A DNA stretch of 64,000 bases. It comes from Flectonema sp. DT1601 (Eukaryota). The stretch covers positions 1,178,001 through 1,242,000 of the forward strand of contig OZ025787.1 in the NCBI GenBank assembly GCA_964019425.1, read 5' to 3'. The notes under the pieces are model-generated. The model was not told the origin of the DNA and ran no database searches. It saw only the letters and a program-made list of their open reading frames with translations. Of this stretch, positions 30,285 through 41,543 are shown one piece after another (positions within the stretch are counted from its first letter, which is position 1; every line of letters begins with the position of its first letter). A program made the position numbers and the translations under genes.

Positions 30285-33200
30285 ATGATGCTGGCGGCAT
30301 ACCGTCCGGAAACCCTTCGTGGGATCAAATTATTTTCAAAGTTAGGAGATATCGGACTTCAGAGTGCGGTAGTTGGAGAAGGTCACGTGGCTGCAGTGAT
30401 AAATGGCGGAAAATGTGTCGCCGTATTTGATCACGCAGAAGGAAGAGGACAAGAGATAACTTTAAAAATGATCGATGCTGCAAACATACCCGGAGGTGGC
30501 AACAACGATGGAATGCGTGTTGTACAACAACATCCAGTGTTATGCCTTGCTGAACCTCTCAACGTTGAGATTTGTGAGGTCTTATTTCATAAAAATACAG
30601 CTTTAGGAACCCTTCACTTAGTAGTTATATGCCAATCAGGACACGTGGAAATGTGGGATTTTCGAGGCGGCTCATGGTCACACGGTGTTTCCATGAAGCT
30701 TAAAAAACTAACTAACAATTCAAATACTGTAATATCAGCTTGTATAGCTGGATCTGGGCAATCACAGCATGCCTCATTAGTATACGTTGAAAGATCTACT
30801 AATGAGTTTATAGTACGAATATCACCCCTGACACAAGGAGCTGTAGGACTAAACAGCACCTTAATCGGAAGTGTTTCCGCTAATGATGACCCAGTAAGCA
30901 ATCAACACATGGCATCAGGAGAGGTGATTGCTGTAATGTCAGCTAGTAAAGGAGTTATAACAGTTCATCCATCTCCATGTGGACATGCGATATGGTTTTT
31001 ATCATCGGAAAAGTGTATTACACTATTGCCTATTGAGTCTACGTATCCTCGGCATACCTTGTCTTGTAAGCAAATTACTTCTCAAAGCCCTCCAATATTA
31101 CCTGGTCCGTGTCTTACCTACACGGATTATAAGCATAATGCTCATACTAATGAGTTGATTCTTTTAAACGGTGAGTCTGGTCATGTTCATATCGTTGGTT
31201 ATTCTCCATCATCAACAAATGGTATTGTCGTAAGAAGATGTGTCGCAAGTGTCAGTCCAGGTCTGCTGTGTATATTAACACCCTCATGTATTGGGATATT
31301 TAATGACCGAGATCGAGATCCTCGGATGCAAATTATCGATCTTAGTTCTGGACAAAGTGGTTCAACCAGCACTCCTTCTGGTTTAACAGGAAATTTAAAA
31401 GTTACGAGTGGGTATCATGGACCTCCTTTGGTATTGGCTGATAGTGGTATTTATAAAGTGAGCGTTGATGGTGTTCTTCAAGCAAAACAAGATGAGAACA
31501 ATAATAGAAACCAATTTAATGCTGTACAGTCACCTCAAGATGTTCTTTGTGATGATGATATGCAAGATGATGATCCGGAAATGGTCGGAAGCTTACAACA
31601 AATTTCTACAATAAAACCACCATCTCCCTCTACCCTTGTTGATACTTACAGGGTTTGGGTTAACAGCATTAGCTTGTCTGGAGCTGTTGACACCAGAGGT
31701 GTTTTGGGAAAGCAATTAAATGTCTTAGCAGCATCATTAAAAGAACCGGAAATACAAGTTCAGAAATCACTATCAGAAATGCTTACAACAGATGATAGTG
31801 AACACATCGATTCTAATGACGATTGCGTTACAGCGATAACTTCTCCGGGGATTAAGTCTGTTGGGGGGTTTTCGAAAGCAAAACCAGAAACATTTGAGTC
31901 TGAACCACAGCAACCAAGTCAAAATACTACTAAGAAAAAAAGAAAGGTTAGAGTTGTTATGCCACCTACAACTGATGATGATGATGTTGATACTAGTTTA
32001 GATGCTTCATGGCCACAAAGAGTAAGTGCGTACTCTCCTTTATCAGTTGATTCTATGTTATGGAATTCTGTTGCTGCTGTTGAAGGTAGTACTCAAGACT
32101 TACTAGCAGCACTTTCAGAGCCTCCATCGACAGAGCAGAAGAAAACTGTTAACTGTGAACTTGATTTATTCAATACGTTGATTGCTTCAGGACAACACTC
32201 TTCTATTGATGCTGATGATGAGTTTTGGATTCCCCCTGTACCACCGTGTACATCATCAAGTTGGTTAGATGTTGCAATGGAGGTATTGGATGACCTTGGA
32301 TTATACTCACTAATAGAACCAGACGTGAAGAGTGAATTATCAAAAGAATACGCGCCTTTAAGCCACAATGTCTACACTTGTCCCTCTCCTGTGATGACTG
32401 AAATATTTCCTGTTGTTGTTTTAAAAACCTTGGGAATCACTCCTGATAGTCTTGATGTTGATCTATTAGTATCACACACACCAGCTCTATTTGATGGTAT
32501 TCCGCACCTTTTACCTCTCATATTAATAATAACAGTATCTGTTAGTAGGATCCTTACTCTGAAAGGCTTAATCGCATTAGTACTACCAGCCATTGTGACT
32601 CAACCAACACCAACAACATGTCCACTACTGCTGAGGGCACGTAGTAGAACACATTCTATGTTATTACTGTGGAGTGATGATTTGCTTGGGTCTATAATGC
32701 ATGCCCTCGGTTGTAATGACGTCAAGTTTGCTATCCTTCTTGTTAATACGATGGATGATGCAAAGATGCGTCCAGCAGAACAAGCACTCATCTCACGCGA
32801 GGTTTATACTTGTTTACTTCGTTGTCATGCAATGCAAGGTGGTGAAGGAGGGGCTGAGTTATATTTTTTATCGAATTGTGCCTCATCAGAGTACATAGAC
32901 GATAAAGATGTCCCTCCTCCAACTACTGAAGAAGATGTTCTACAACTTCGAAGTTTGTTTTGGAGTAGAATCGTAAAGTGTATTCCTGGAGGTGAATGTC
33001 ACTTTCTTCAGTTGTTGTCTATAAAGCTGCCTGGTGCAGAAGCACATCAGTTCTCATCGTCTCCTAACAGCGGTCAAACAACTTTCTTAAGTGAATTAGC
33101 TACTCAGTTAAGTGAGGTTATCAATGGATATATAAATGGAGAATGTTCAAAAGAAAAACTTTGTGAAATGATTGCAACTGTTCTTAATGAGAATGACGAT

Positions 33201-33581
33201 GCAGATGTTGAAGAACAACTGTTGGATGTATTAGAACCATCACCATTTGACTGGTGTAGTGAATCGTTAATGTTTACTTCACTATTTGATATTGAGATAG
33301 CTCGACTTCTTAGAGATCGTTTAGTTCAGTTGTCTGACATCACACCAGTAGTTGATCATCCAACTGGAGGGTCTTCTGTTTCTGTTCGATCTCATCAACT
33401 GACTACCAGTACATCTCTTTCTGTTTCTGTTGACAGTTCTCGATCATCTCGTACAGCGTCCCTGTCAGATGCTATCAACACGATCCATCACTTAAATGAT
33501 GCATCAATCTTCCCAACACGTGGAAGCCATCCACTTGATGTCCCTCTCAGTGACTTCTTACCCTTACTCGGCGTAGCCTAA
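30285..33581 (+). CDS. 1098-aa protein, beta-propeller-like N-terminus plus helical C-terminus; possibly HPS6 (BLOC-2)-like
   Basis: Long ORF. LVVICQSGHVEMW..W..L..V..LVYVER recalls the HPS6 N-terminal pattern from memory; not verified. Confidence 0.7.
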   Translation: MMLAAYRPETLRGIKLFSKLGDIGLQSAVVGEGHVAAVINGGKCVAVFDHAEGRGQEITLKMIDAANIPGGGNNDGMRVVQQHPVLCLAEPLNVEICEVLFHKNTALGTLHLVVICQSGHVEMWDFRGGSWSHGVSMKLKKLTNNSNTVISACIAGSGQSQHASLVYVERSTNEFIVRISPLTQGAVGLNSTLIGSVSANDDPVSNQHMASGEVIAVMSASKGVITVHPSPCGHAIWFLSSEKCITLLPIESTYPRHTLSCKQITSQSPPILPGPCLTYTDYKHNAHTNELILLNGESGHVHIVGYSPSSTNGIVVRRCVASVSPGLLCILTPSCIGIFNDRDRDPRMQIIDLSSGQSGSTSTPSGLTGNLKVTSGYHGPPLVLADSGIYKVSVDGVLQAKQDENNNRNQFNAVQSPQDVLCDDDMQDDDPEMVGSLQQISTIKPPSPSTLVDTYRVWVNSISLSGAVDTRGVLGKQLNVLAASLKEPEIQVQKSLSEMLTTDDSEHIDSNDDCVTAITSPGIKSVGGFSKAKPETFESEPQQPSQNTTKKKRKVRVVMPPTTDDDDVDTSLDASWPQRVSAYSPLSVDSMLWNSVAAVEGSTQDLLAALSEPPSTEQKKTVNCELDLFNTLIASGQHSSIDADDEFWIPPVPPCTSSSWLDVAMEVLDDLGLYSLIEPDVKSELSKEYAPLSHNVYTCPSPVMTEIFPVVVLKTLGITPDSLDVDLLVSHTPALFDGIPHLLPLILIITVSVSRILTLKGLIALVLPAIVTQPTPTTCPLLLRARSRTHSMLLLWSDDLLGSIMHALGCNDVKFAILLVNTMDDAKMRPAEQALISREVYTCLLRCHAMQGGEGGAELYFLSNCASSEYIDDKDVPPPTTEEDVLQLRSLFWSRIVKCIPGGECHFLQLLSIKLPGAEAHQFSSSPNSGQTTFLSELATQLSEVINGYINGECSKEKLCEMIATVLNENDDADVEEQLLDVLEPSPFDWCSESLMFTSLFDIEIARLLRDRLVQLSDITPVVDHPTGGSSVSVRSHQLTTSTSLSVSVDSSRSSRTASLSDAINTIHHLNDASIFPTRGSHPLDVPLSDFLPLLGVA

Positions 33582-34304
33582 CTTTTACGAGACACACATG
33601 ATGGATTGGAAACGCCTTTCTTTTCACGTCAAATTATCATTTTCTGTTTTGGTATTTGTTTTCTATTGAATCTATTGCTTCGTTTTAGTTTCTTCGGTTT
33701 TGCTTTTTTTTTGCTTTTTTGCGTTTTCGTTGTCCGCATTTATTTTTTCCTTCCTGCTTTCGATCGGAAGTAAAGTAAGGTGAACATGATAGTATTAGTC
33801 TCACGGTTTCTGTTTGTAACAATTATCTGTTTTGCCTTTAAGTTGTATGTTGGGAGTGGGATGCTATGATAGTATTAGTCTCACGGTTTCTGTTTTAGTC
33901 AGATCGTGGGAGTGCTTTTTGCTGTCTGGTGCTAGTGATTGCCGTCAATTATATTTTAATAATGACATCCTCCACTGTGATTACTTTAGTCTTATAACTA
34001 GCTTCTGTTTTTCAGGTGTTTTTGGATGTTTATATTTATGTTTACTTCTACAGTCGTCAGTTTTTATCTTTTTTTGTATTTTCAATTAATGATTACTTCA
34101 CAGACTGGATGTCAATTTTTTTTTTTTTATTTTGTTTGTTTGCTATAAACAAACAATACCAACATATTCTACTCCATACTCTTGTCGCTTATATTAATCT
34201 TTTCGTCCACAGTCCCCCCCACATCTGAAAAATCCAATAACAAATGTAATTTAGATATAGAAAAAGACCGACAGGGAAAAAAAAAAAAATAATAATAATC
34301 GAAC

Positions 34305-35702
34305 ATGCGAATCTCCTTACGAACGCAATCAAGATGTTATTGTACTTTTATAGGTGGAAATCATGGAAATGATCTTTTAGATTTAAAAAAAGCCTTGGAC
34401 AGTGGTAATGATATCCCTAAACGCAAACGGGAAGTGGTATCGACACCGATTAGAAGAATAACAAAGAAGACATCTTTGAAGGAAATGAATTCCGCTGAGA
34501 TGCATGTTGAGGCTTTTCGAAGGAAGTATTGGCATCTTATGAAATTTGGAAAAAAGGAAGTGAGTAAGGGAATAAGTTTTGAAACAATTTCAATAGAACG
34601 GTTCATTGACAACACTGCTTCTGTCGACCCGGAATGCCTCTCAACAGCTCTCATCGAGCATGCTGTGTTACTACTACTTCGATTTGGTAGACTGCGGAAA
34701 TCATATTCTATAGCTCGTTATTTACCGTTCAAAAATGGTATCCGTGACGCCCTTCGAACCCTAACTTTAATTGCTGAATTCTACGTTGCGAAGAGACAAT
34801 TAGATAAGGTTGAAGTTATTTTAAAGCTTTTAAAGAATTACTACAAAACCAACAACAATATTCATGTTTTACGTCTTGAGATGAGATACTATGCAGAGGA
34901 TAGTAATTATGATTTGGTGTTGAATTCTTTTATGAGAATTAAATTTCCAGACACGTCAGACATTGCTCGTCTGATCAGTTCTGCTGATACTTTTGAGGAT
35001 GGTTTGAACGCGTTTATGTTTTTAAAAAAACTAAAAAAGAGACCTTGCAAATATTGTTTTGGTGCTTTGGTTAAAAGTGCATGGGGAGAATGGGATAACA
35101 TTGCTGTTGAAGAAAAGATAAAAGGAATTCATAAGGAGTGGGGATCATCACCTACCGACATCACACTAGTCGCAATCATGAAATTACATCTTATTGCTAA
35201 GGACTATCTCGCTGTGATGAGAATGAGTAGTGAATATTCTTCTGGTTTTCATCCTTTAACTGAGAACGTTGCGTATTGCGTCATACAAGCAATTAGAGGA
35301 ATTCTTGACTCTCCAGGTCTGCAGCGAACTTTCGGAAAGTCATCATCAGAACTGGTTGACATCGCTCACGGGACTTTTAAATTATTGTGTCAGTTGCAAC
35401 CTCGAGGATTTGCACCCAGAACTTGGTCAGCTGTGGCTTCAGTTTATGCTGTAGTTGGTGACTATGAAAACTCTCGAAATATTTGTTATCTTGCTATGGA
35501 ATCATCGATTGAAGTGACTCCAATGTTTAAACAATTCTTAATTGAATCTCACACTAAGGCTGGTGTAGAACCCACTAATGAAATACTAAACTGTTTACAG
35601 TATAGAAACCGTCATCGTTATTCTGATTGGAATGATAACTCAATTATATTCGGAGGGAAGTTGGAGAAGTTTCTCACTTCAGAAACTTTTATCCTTCAAT
35701 AA
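34305..35702 (+). CDS. Probable mitochondrial helical-repeat (PPR-like) protein
   Basis: Basic N-terminal presequence-like MRISLRTQSRCY; degenerate PPR-like helices (RPCKYCFGALVKS, SPTDITLVAIMK, RTWSAVASVYAVVGD). Confidence 0.6.
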   Translation: MRISLRTQSRCYCTFIGGNHGNDLLDLKKALDSGNDIPKRKREVVSTPIRRITKKTSLKEMNSAEMHVEAFRRKYWHLMKFGKKEVSKGISFETISIERFIDNTASVDPECLSTALIEHAVLLLLRFGRLRKSYSIARYLPFKNGIRDALRTLTLIAEFYVAKRQLDKVEVILKLLKNYYKTNNNIHVLRLEMRYYAEDSNYDLVLNSFMRIKFPDTSDIARLISSADTFEDGLNAFMFLKKLKKRPCKYCFGALVKSAWGEWDNIAVEEKIKGIHKEWGSSPTDITLVAIMKLHLIAKDYLAVMRMSSEYSSGFHPLTENVAYCVIQAIRGILDSPGLQRTFGKSSSELVDIAHGTFKLLCQLQPRGFAPRTWSAVASVYAVVGDYENSRNICYLAMESSIEVTPMFKQFLIESHTKAGVEPTNEILNCLQYRNRHRYSDWNDNSIIFGGKLEKFLTSETFILQ

Positions 35703-35789
35703 GAGTTGAGACACTCAATTTCTTTCATCGTGTTATCGTCACATTTAATAACGTACTTGTTATTGTTCTTCATATCAGTCAAACACATA

Positions 35790-36362
35790 ATGGATTGGGG
35801 AGTAGTCCAAGGTGGAGCATTACAAGTTATTCAGGTAGGACGAATGAAAGGACGTGCGCGTCTAAGGAAGCCCGGCTGTAGTGCAACAACCCCAGCAGAC
35901 AGCAAATCAGAATCACAAAAACCTCGTCAGAGGAGTTTGGTGTTTCCAGTCACTGATGGTGGTGTGTTTTTTACAGTATCAAAGAAGAGGGATTTCGTTA
36001 AGGAAGGCGCCTGTTTACCAAATGTTAAAAACGACATCCGATCTAAACGAGTTCGTAAAACAGAAAAGGTTCGCAAACAGGTTCCGATTGCTGGTTTTCC
36101 TGTTCTTCCGAAACCCAACTTTGGAAGTCATCAACAAAATGAATTCTCAACTACTGGACCTTCACCTGCTCCCTGTACTCGAAAGTATTGTAAGAACAAA
36201 CTAGTTAGACTAAAACAGATTGATGCTAAACGACGTTGTCGATCTCGTAACTTTCCAACTCTCTCTTCAAGAGTTCGACAGCAGATGGACTTTGCGGAAC
36301 AAGACCAGGAATTCAAACGATATCTAACTTCTGGTAAAAAGTTCGCTCCTTGTACACGATAA
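35790..36362 (+). CDS. Hypothetical basic protein
   Basis: 190-codon ORF starting after a CATATCAG acceptor-like site; K/R-rich; no motif recognised. Confidence 0.5.
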   Translation: MDWGVVQGGALQVIQVGRMKGRARLRKPGCSATTPADSKSESQKPRQRSLVFPVTDGGVFFTVSKKRDFVKEGACLPNVKNDIRSKRVRKTEKVRKQVPIAGFPVLPKPNFGSHQQNEFSTTGPSPAPCTRKYCKNKLVRLKQIDAKRRCRSRNFPTLSSRVRQQMDFAEQDQEFKRYLTSGKKFAPCTR

Positions 36363-36852
36363 CTTATCCAAAAAAAAAAAAAAAAAAAAAAATACAATCT
36401 CGATCCTTTTTCGGTTAGTTTACTGTCATTTTCATTCACCGCTTTTTTTATGCAAGCTCAACCTTTTTTTGCAAATATCGGGTTTATGCCTTACGGTAAT
36501 TCCTTTTATTTTTAATTGTTTTTATTTACACGTTATATTCTTTGTTCGCTTTGTCTTATTGTAAAAAATATGTGAAAAAAGTATTTAACCGCAATTCAAT
36601 AACAGCATTAAATCAGAGTTTTTTTCGAAGGACTGGAAAAAAAGAAAATATACTCAAACACGACCTGCAGGGCATGGGATGCTCAACCTGTAGTGCGTGG
36701 TCCCCGGGTCAATTTGACTTGACAGCATTTCTTTCTCTAGTAGTTTATTTAAAGCATGCTATTTTGTGTGGACAGAATCCAGTTATAATGATTCATGTCT
36801 AATTTGTTGTGTGTTAACCCTTGATTTATTTATCCAAGTCCCCCCCAGTTGT

Positions 36853-38175
36853 ATGGATATGTTTCAGCTAAAGGTTTGTCTGGCTATAGGAGCTGGGTAT
36901 TGGAGTAGAATCCCAGACAGTCAAGGTCTTCATAGAAGGGGAATGGGTGTAATATCAGGAATAGCGTGTTGGGGATCATCTCTGATATTAGGAACCACTT
37001 CAGACGTAAAAGAATTAGTGATATTGATAACTGCTGGGTTGCTTGCAGAAGCCATTAGATTACCATGGGAAAAGTGGCCTCTTGACAGCTGGATTGACAG
37101 CGTTGAACCTGAAGAGGCAATTGAACCAGAAAGAAGAATGATTGATCCCCATCATCACTTGTGGCATCCATTTAATCAACCTAAAGGATGGCCTGTCCCT
37201 AGGTTGGCAATTCTTCTGATGAAAGTGATTCGTCCTGATTTCCTTCTTGGATTAGATGTTCCTATGAGAGGTACTTTTGGTAGTCGAAACCCAATCGGAA
37301 TTGTTTACATGAGTAAGGAAATCTCTGATGATATTTACAACAATGGAAAAGGTCATAATATTGTAGGCACAGTCTACATGGAGTGTGGTTGGAAGGAAAA
37401 ACGTACTCCGGTGGCGATGGTGCCAACTGGTGAGGCAGACATGGCCTTCGCAGCCAATAAATATAATTCTATCTTATGTTTAGGCGCTGTGTGTCACGCT
37501 GATCTGATGTTGGGAGCGGATGTTGAACCAGCTCTACAATATTACAAAGAACGTGGAGTCGCTGGAATAAGATACTCACTGGCTTACCTACCAGCTGAAG
37601 CCACTGCTATTGGAGCAGGACCAAGGAAAGATGTTCGCAGTGAACAATTCTTAAAGGCGTTTTCTCTTCTTGAAAAGTACGACTTGTCATACGACTGTTG
37701 GTTGTTTCATACGGAAATAGATGATTTGATTTTCTTGGCTCGTAAATTCCCAAACATCGTAATAATTTGTGATCACGTTGCCTTACCTTTACACGGGATC
37801 GAACCACACACGGATCTATTGGCAACCCGCACGCTTTGGAAAAAGAAAATTCAAACCCTATCCGCCTTTCCGAATGTCAGAGTTAAACTTTCTGGTATGG
37901 GAATGTGTGTTACTGGACTCAAGTTCGATACCCTCCCAAAACCCGCTTCATCGGATGTTCTTGCCGAAGCATGGGCCCCGTATTATCTTCATGTTATTTG
38001 TTGTTTTGGTTCGAATAGATGTATGTTCGCTTCTAACTTTCCGGTTGATAAGGTTTCAGGTAGTTACACAGCTCATTTCAATGCACATAAACTGATTGTG
38101 AAAGATCTACCAGAAGAAGATAAGCACAACCTGTTCTACAAGACTGCAGTTGATACCTACAAACTAAAAATGTGA
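36853..38175 (+). CDS. Amidohydrolase-2 family (L-fuconolactonase-like) enzyme with N-terminal hydrophobic extension
   Basis: IDPHHHLW, TVYMEC, GIR, YDLSYD, ICDH, VKLSG, FGSNRCMFASNFPVD, LFYKTA..Y. Confidence 0.88.
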   Translation: MDMFQLKVCLAIGAGYWSRIPDSQGLHRRGMGVISGIACWGSSLILGTTSDVKELVILITAGLLAEAIRLPWEKWPLDSWIDSVEPEEAIEPERRMIDPHHHLWHPFNQPKGWPVPRLAILLMKVIRPDFLLGLDVPMRGTFGSRNPIGIVYMSKEISDDIYNNGKGHNIVGTVYMECGWKEKRTPVAMVPTGEADMAFAANKYNSILCLGAVCHADLMLGADVEPALQYYKERGVAGIRYSLAYLPAEATAIGAGPRKDVRSEQFLKAFSLLEKYDLSYDCWLFHTEIDDLIFLARKFPNIVIICDHVALPLHGIEPHTDLLATRTLWKKKIQTLSAFPNVRVKLSGMGMCVTGLKFDTLPKPASSDVLAEAWAPYYLHVICCFGSNRCMFASNFPVDKVSGSYTAHFNAHKLIVKDLPEEDKHNLFYKTAVDTYKLKM

Positions 38176-39113
38176 TGTTTGATGTTTGATGAATTCCTTT
38201 TTTTTTTCTTTTCTTCTTTTTACACATCAGGTGCAATGACAGCCTCTGTTTGTTCCGCTGTCGTTAAGACTGGTGGAACCGTCGTCCTCGTCAGAATTAC
38301 TTTTTATTTAACCTTATTGATTAGATAGCATACAGTTATCTGTTCTTTAATTTTAGTACATCAAAGTATAATACATCTTAACCTTTTATTTGGGTGTTGA
38401 GGAGGTAGTATTTAATCAGTTTCGAGTGGCTTTAATGATCCGATAAATTAATCAATAATTCTCCCGTTCTTTAGTAATTTCGAATTCTGATGTCAAATCG
38501 TAGTTTTTTTTTATGTTTTATCCCTCGTCTTTGTTGTTAGTTTTATAGTTACTTCGGTGACTACACTGATTGATGATTAAGGATAAGTATTATTCCGCAC
38601 GGAGAGTAATTTTTGTAATAGTATGGATTTAATTACAAGTCAACATCTCTTCTTATTCTTTAGTTTGGTTATTGGATTGGATTATTGAAGAGATGAGTTC
38701 GTCATTCAGCGGGTAGTCATCCCTTCAGTTTTATGTTTTTATAAAGTCGTGTGATTTCTTCTTTAGTTTGATTGTTACATCACGTTTTAGTTTATGAGGC
38801 TCGCGTTAAGTAAGATACCACTTTGGTCTGTGGCGATATGTATCCTACTTACTGCATATTCTCATATTGTTACCCTTTTTTGAATGAGGTGTTTGAAGAT
38901 TATATTGTGTATTCTTTTTTGAAAAGCTTTTTTCTTCAGATTTAATCTTTTTTATTTATTTATTTTTTTATTTTTATTTTTTTTTAAAAATAACAAAATT
39001 AAGTTGATAGTGATCCACACTCATCTTAAATACAAAAAAACAAATGTTTTGGACAGTAAGTTGAAATAAATAACCCACGACCACAATATTATTATTATCT
39101 CACAGTACAGGGG

Positions 39114-40964
39114 ATGGTGACATGTGTTTTCAGTGTTGGGCTGACCAGCATAAGTATTGTCTCAACGATGGGATTTCCTTTATATAACATGACTGCATCG
39201 ACGTCTAGTGGATCGACATGCTCTACTGATGCAATGAATATGAATGACTTATGTATGATGGGTTCTACTACTACTTGTGGAAGAGAGTTTGATACAAAGT
39301 TGGTTGCGTCGTTGCAGTTGGATCCGTTGACGTATTCTAGTATTCAATATGTGTTGGCAGCTTATAATGGAACTGCTGATAATCGTTTACAGGAATGTCC
39401 TGAGGGATTGTTTATCAAGAGTGGTTGTCCAATTCCAAAAACAACTGCTCCTACAGCTGAACCAACGTTGGTGCCAACAGCTGAACCAACGTCAGTGCCA
39501 ACAGCTATTCCTACCGTTGAACCGACTGCGGCACCGACTGGTAGCCCAGTTGTATCTTTAACTGGTGTCCCAACAGCAGTTGCTGTGGTCACAGATGTGC
39601 CGACTGAGGTTCCAACGAGTATTCCGACAGCTGTTCCAACACAAGCACTTCCGTCAACACCAATGCCAACTCCAACAGCAGCTCCTATTGTGACGACAGG
39701 TGCGCCTCCAGCTCCTGAGTTGGAAATTTATGAAAAGCAAAGCATGGCAGCCTCGACTGTCACGAGTATCGCTGCTGCTTCCGGTGCACTCCCAGCAGCA
39801 GGTTCTGTAATCGCCTCGTCCCAGCCTTGTAATATTCCAGACAATACGAAATTGCCATTTCCCCTTCACCCGACTGGTATTAAGATTTCCGACTCAGCAG
39901 CAGCTGGTGCAGTTATCTTCAACAGTCTAATTGTTGGTGTCTTCACTCTGGTGATGAGATTAATACTTTTGTTATTCGATATGAAGCTGATCCCGGAATC
40001 TGTGGTACCAGCGACCCTCTTCGATGGGTTCATGGACACGCAGGGTATGCTTCGATTCCCATCAGCACCGCTGTTCGTTTTGCAGGGTTTGTATCAAGGA
40101 ACGTTCTTGGCGGCGCTGTTGCTGATTCGGTCGCCACCGGATGAGCTTTCGGCTGTTTGGGTTGCCGTGGGTGTTGTGACTACGTTGATTTGTGTTTTGA
40201 TTCCGGCAGTTGTTTTCATAATAACAAAGAGAGCAATTCCAATGGACGCAATCTTCTATGAAGACAACGTTGAACTCTCTGATATTAAAGAATATTGGAT
40301 TGGACCTGGTGAATGGATTTCAGTTGAACGTAACAATCACTGGATCAACAGATATGCTTCTGTTGTCAGATCTTATCGTGAGAAGTTTGTGTACTTTTCA
40401 ACAGTTCAGTTCTTCACGTCGGGTCTGGTCGCTATTGCTGTTTCGATATCGGCTACTGGGGTAACTTGTGGAGTGATAAAGTTATCAATGGCTGCTGTTT
40501 TTATATCTCTCGCACTGTTTTGTGTTGTTATAATGCCGTTCTGTAGAATGTGTGATAATCATATTGTTGCAATCACCTATTTGGTTCACGGCATTAGTCT
40601 AGCCTGCACAGCAGTCTTCTTTATTGGTGACAAAATTCGATTTTTAGACGTAGCCGGGGTACTTCATTATGTCGTGTTGGGATTCTTGTTGTTCAAAGTG
40701 TTGGTATCTTTAGTAGTTGAAATATACTTGTTTGTGAAGGATAGGAGATTACTACTTCAGGAAGACTATAGAATAAAAAAAGCATCGACGTGGTCAACAT
40801 TGGATCCAATTGAAGCAACATTGTCGTGGGGATCGATGGCAGCTGTTCCTGATGATGTTCCGATTGCAGCATCGAAAATTTCATTTAAATACAGCGATCA
40901 ATACAACAATCGCACACCACATGATGTCAGCATGACAAGTATGTCAGAACCGCTGAATCTATAA
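39114..40964 (+). CDS. Surface protein family member 1: Cys-containing ectodomain, PT stalk, multi-pass TM C-terminal domain
   Basis: PTAEPT/PTAVPT repeats; LPFPLHPT and GPGEW family motifs; about 8 hydrophobic segments. True N-terminus uncertain. Confidence 0.85.
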   Translation: MVTCVFSVGLTSISIVSTMGFPLYNMTASTSSGSTCSTDAMNMNDLCMMGSTTTCGREFDTKLVASLQLDPLTYSSIQYVLAAYNGTADNRLQECPEGLFIKSGCPIPKTTAPTAEPTLVPTAEPTSVPTAIPTVEPTAAPTGSPVVSLTGVPTAVAVVTDVPTEVPTSIPTAVPTQALPSTPMPTPTAAPIVTTGAPPAPELEIYEKQSMAASTVTSIAAASGALPAAGSVIASSQPCNIPDNTKLPFPLHPTGIKISDSAAAGAVIFNSLIVGVFTLVMRLILLLFDMKLIPESVVPATLFDGFMDTQGMLRFPSAPLFVLQGLYQGTFLAALLLIRSPPDELSAVWVAVGVVTTLICVLIPAVVFIITKRAIPMDAIFYEDNVELSDIKEYWIGPGEWISVERNNHWINRYASVVRSYREKFVYFSTVQFFTSGLVAIAVSISATGVTCGVIKLSMAAVFISLALFCVVIMPFCRMCDNHIVAITYLVHGISLACTAVFFIGDKIRFLDVAGVLHYVVLGFLLFKVLVSLVVEIYLFVKDRRLLLQEDYRIKKASTWSTLDPIEATLSWGSMAAVPDDVPIAASKISFKYSDQYNNRTPHDVSMTSMSEPLNL

Positions 40965-41117
40965 CTCTTTATCATATTCTATGATCACTCAGAACTATTT
41001 TTCTCCGTACGTTGACACCACTCAATCAATATTTAGCTGTTTTGTGCCGACTTTTTTGGAAAACCGTCGGCTCCAATTTTTCGTTCTCTCCGAGACGCAT
41101 AAAAACAGTTCACCTTT

Positions 41118-41157
<40 letters not shown>

Positions 41158-41430
41158 TCTTATGATTAATTCTGATGTTGATTTGTGTTTATTATTCTAT
41201 TGCTGTTTTTCTCTCTGTTTTTCACCCCCCTCCCACTACAATTTTATTTCTTAAAAAAAAAAATTAAATTTTCTGCGTATTTGATGCTTGTCCAGTAGTT
41301 AACCTCATCTAAATCAGCTGATGATGTAGATTGAAAACAGATTTACATTACAACGGGTATCAAATGGCTCTCATAAACCTTTATACTGAACCATTGTTGT
41401 TGAATTCGACTATGTCGTTTTTTTCTTTTT

Positions 41431-41543
<113 letters not shown>

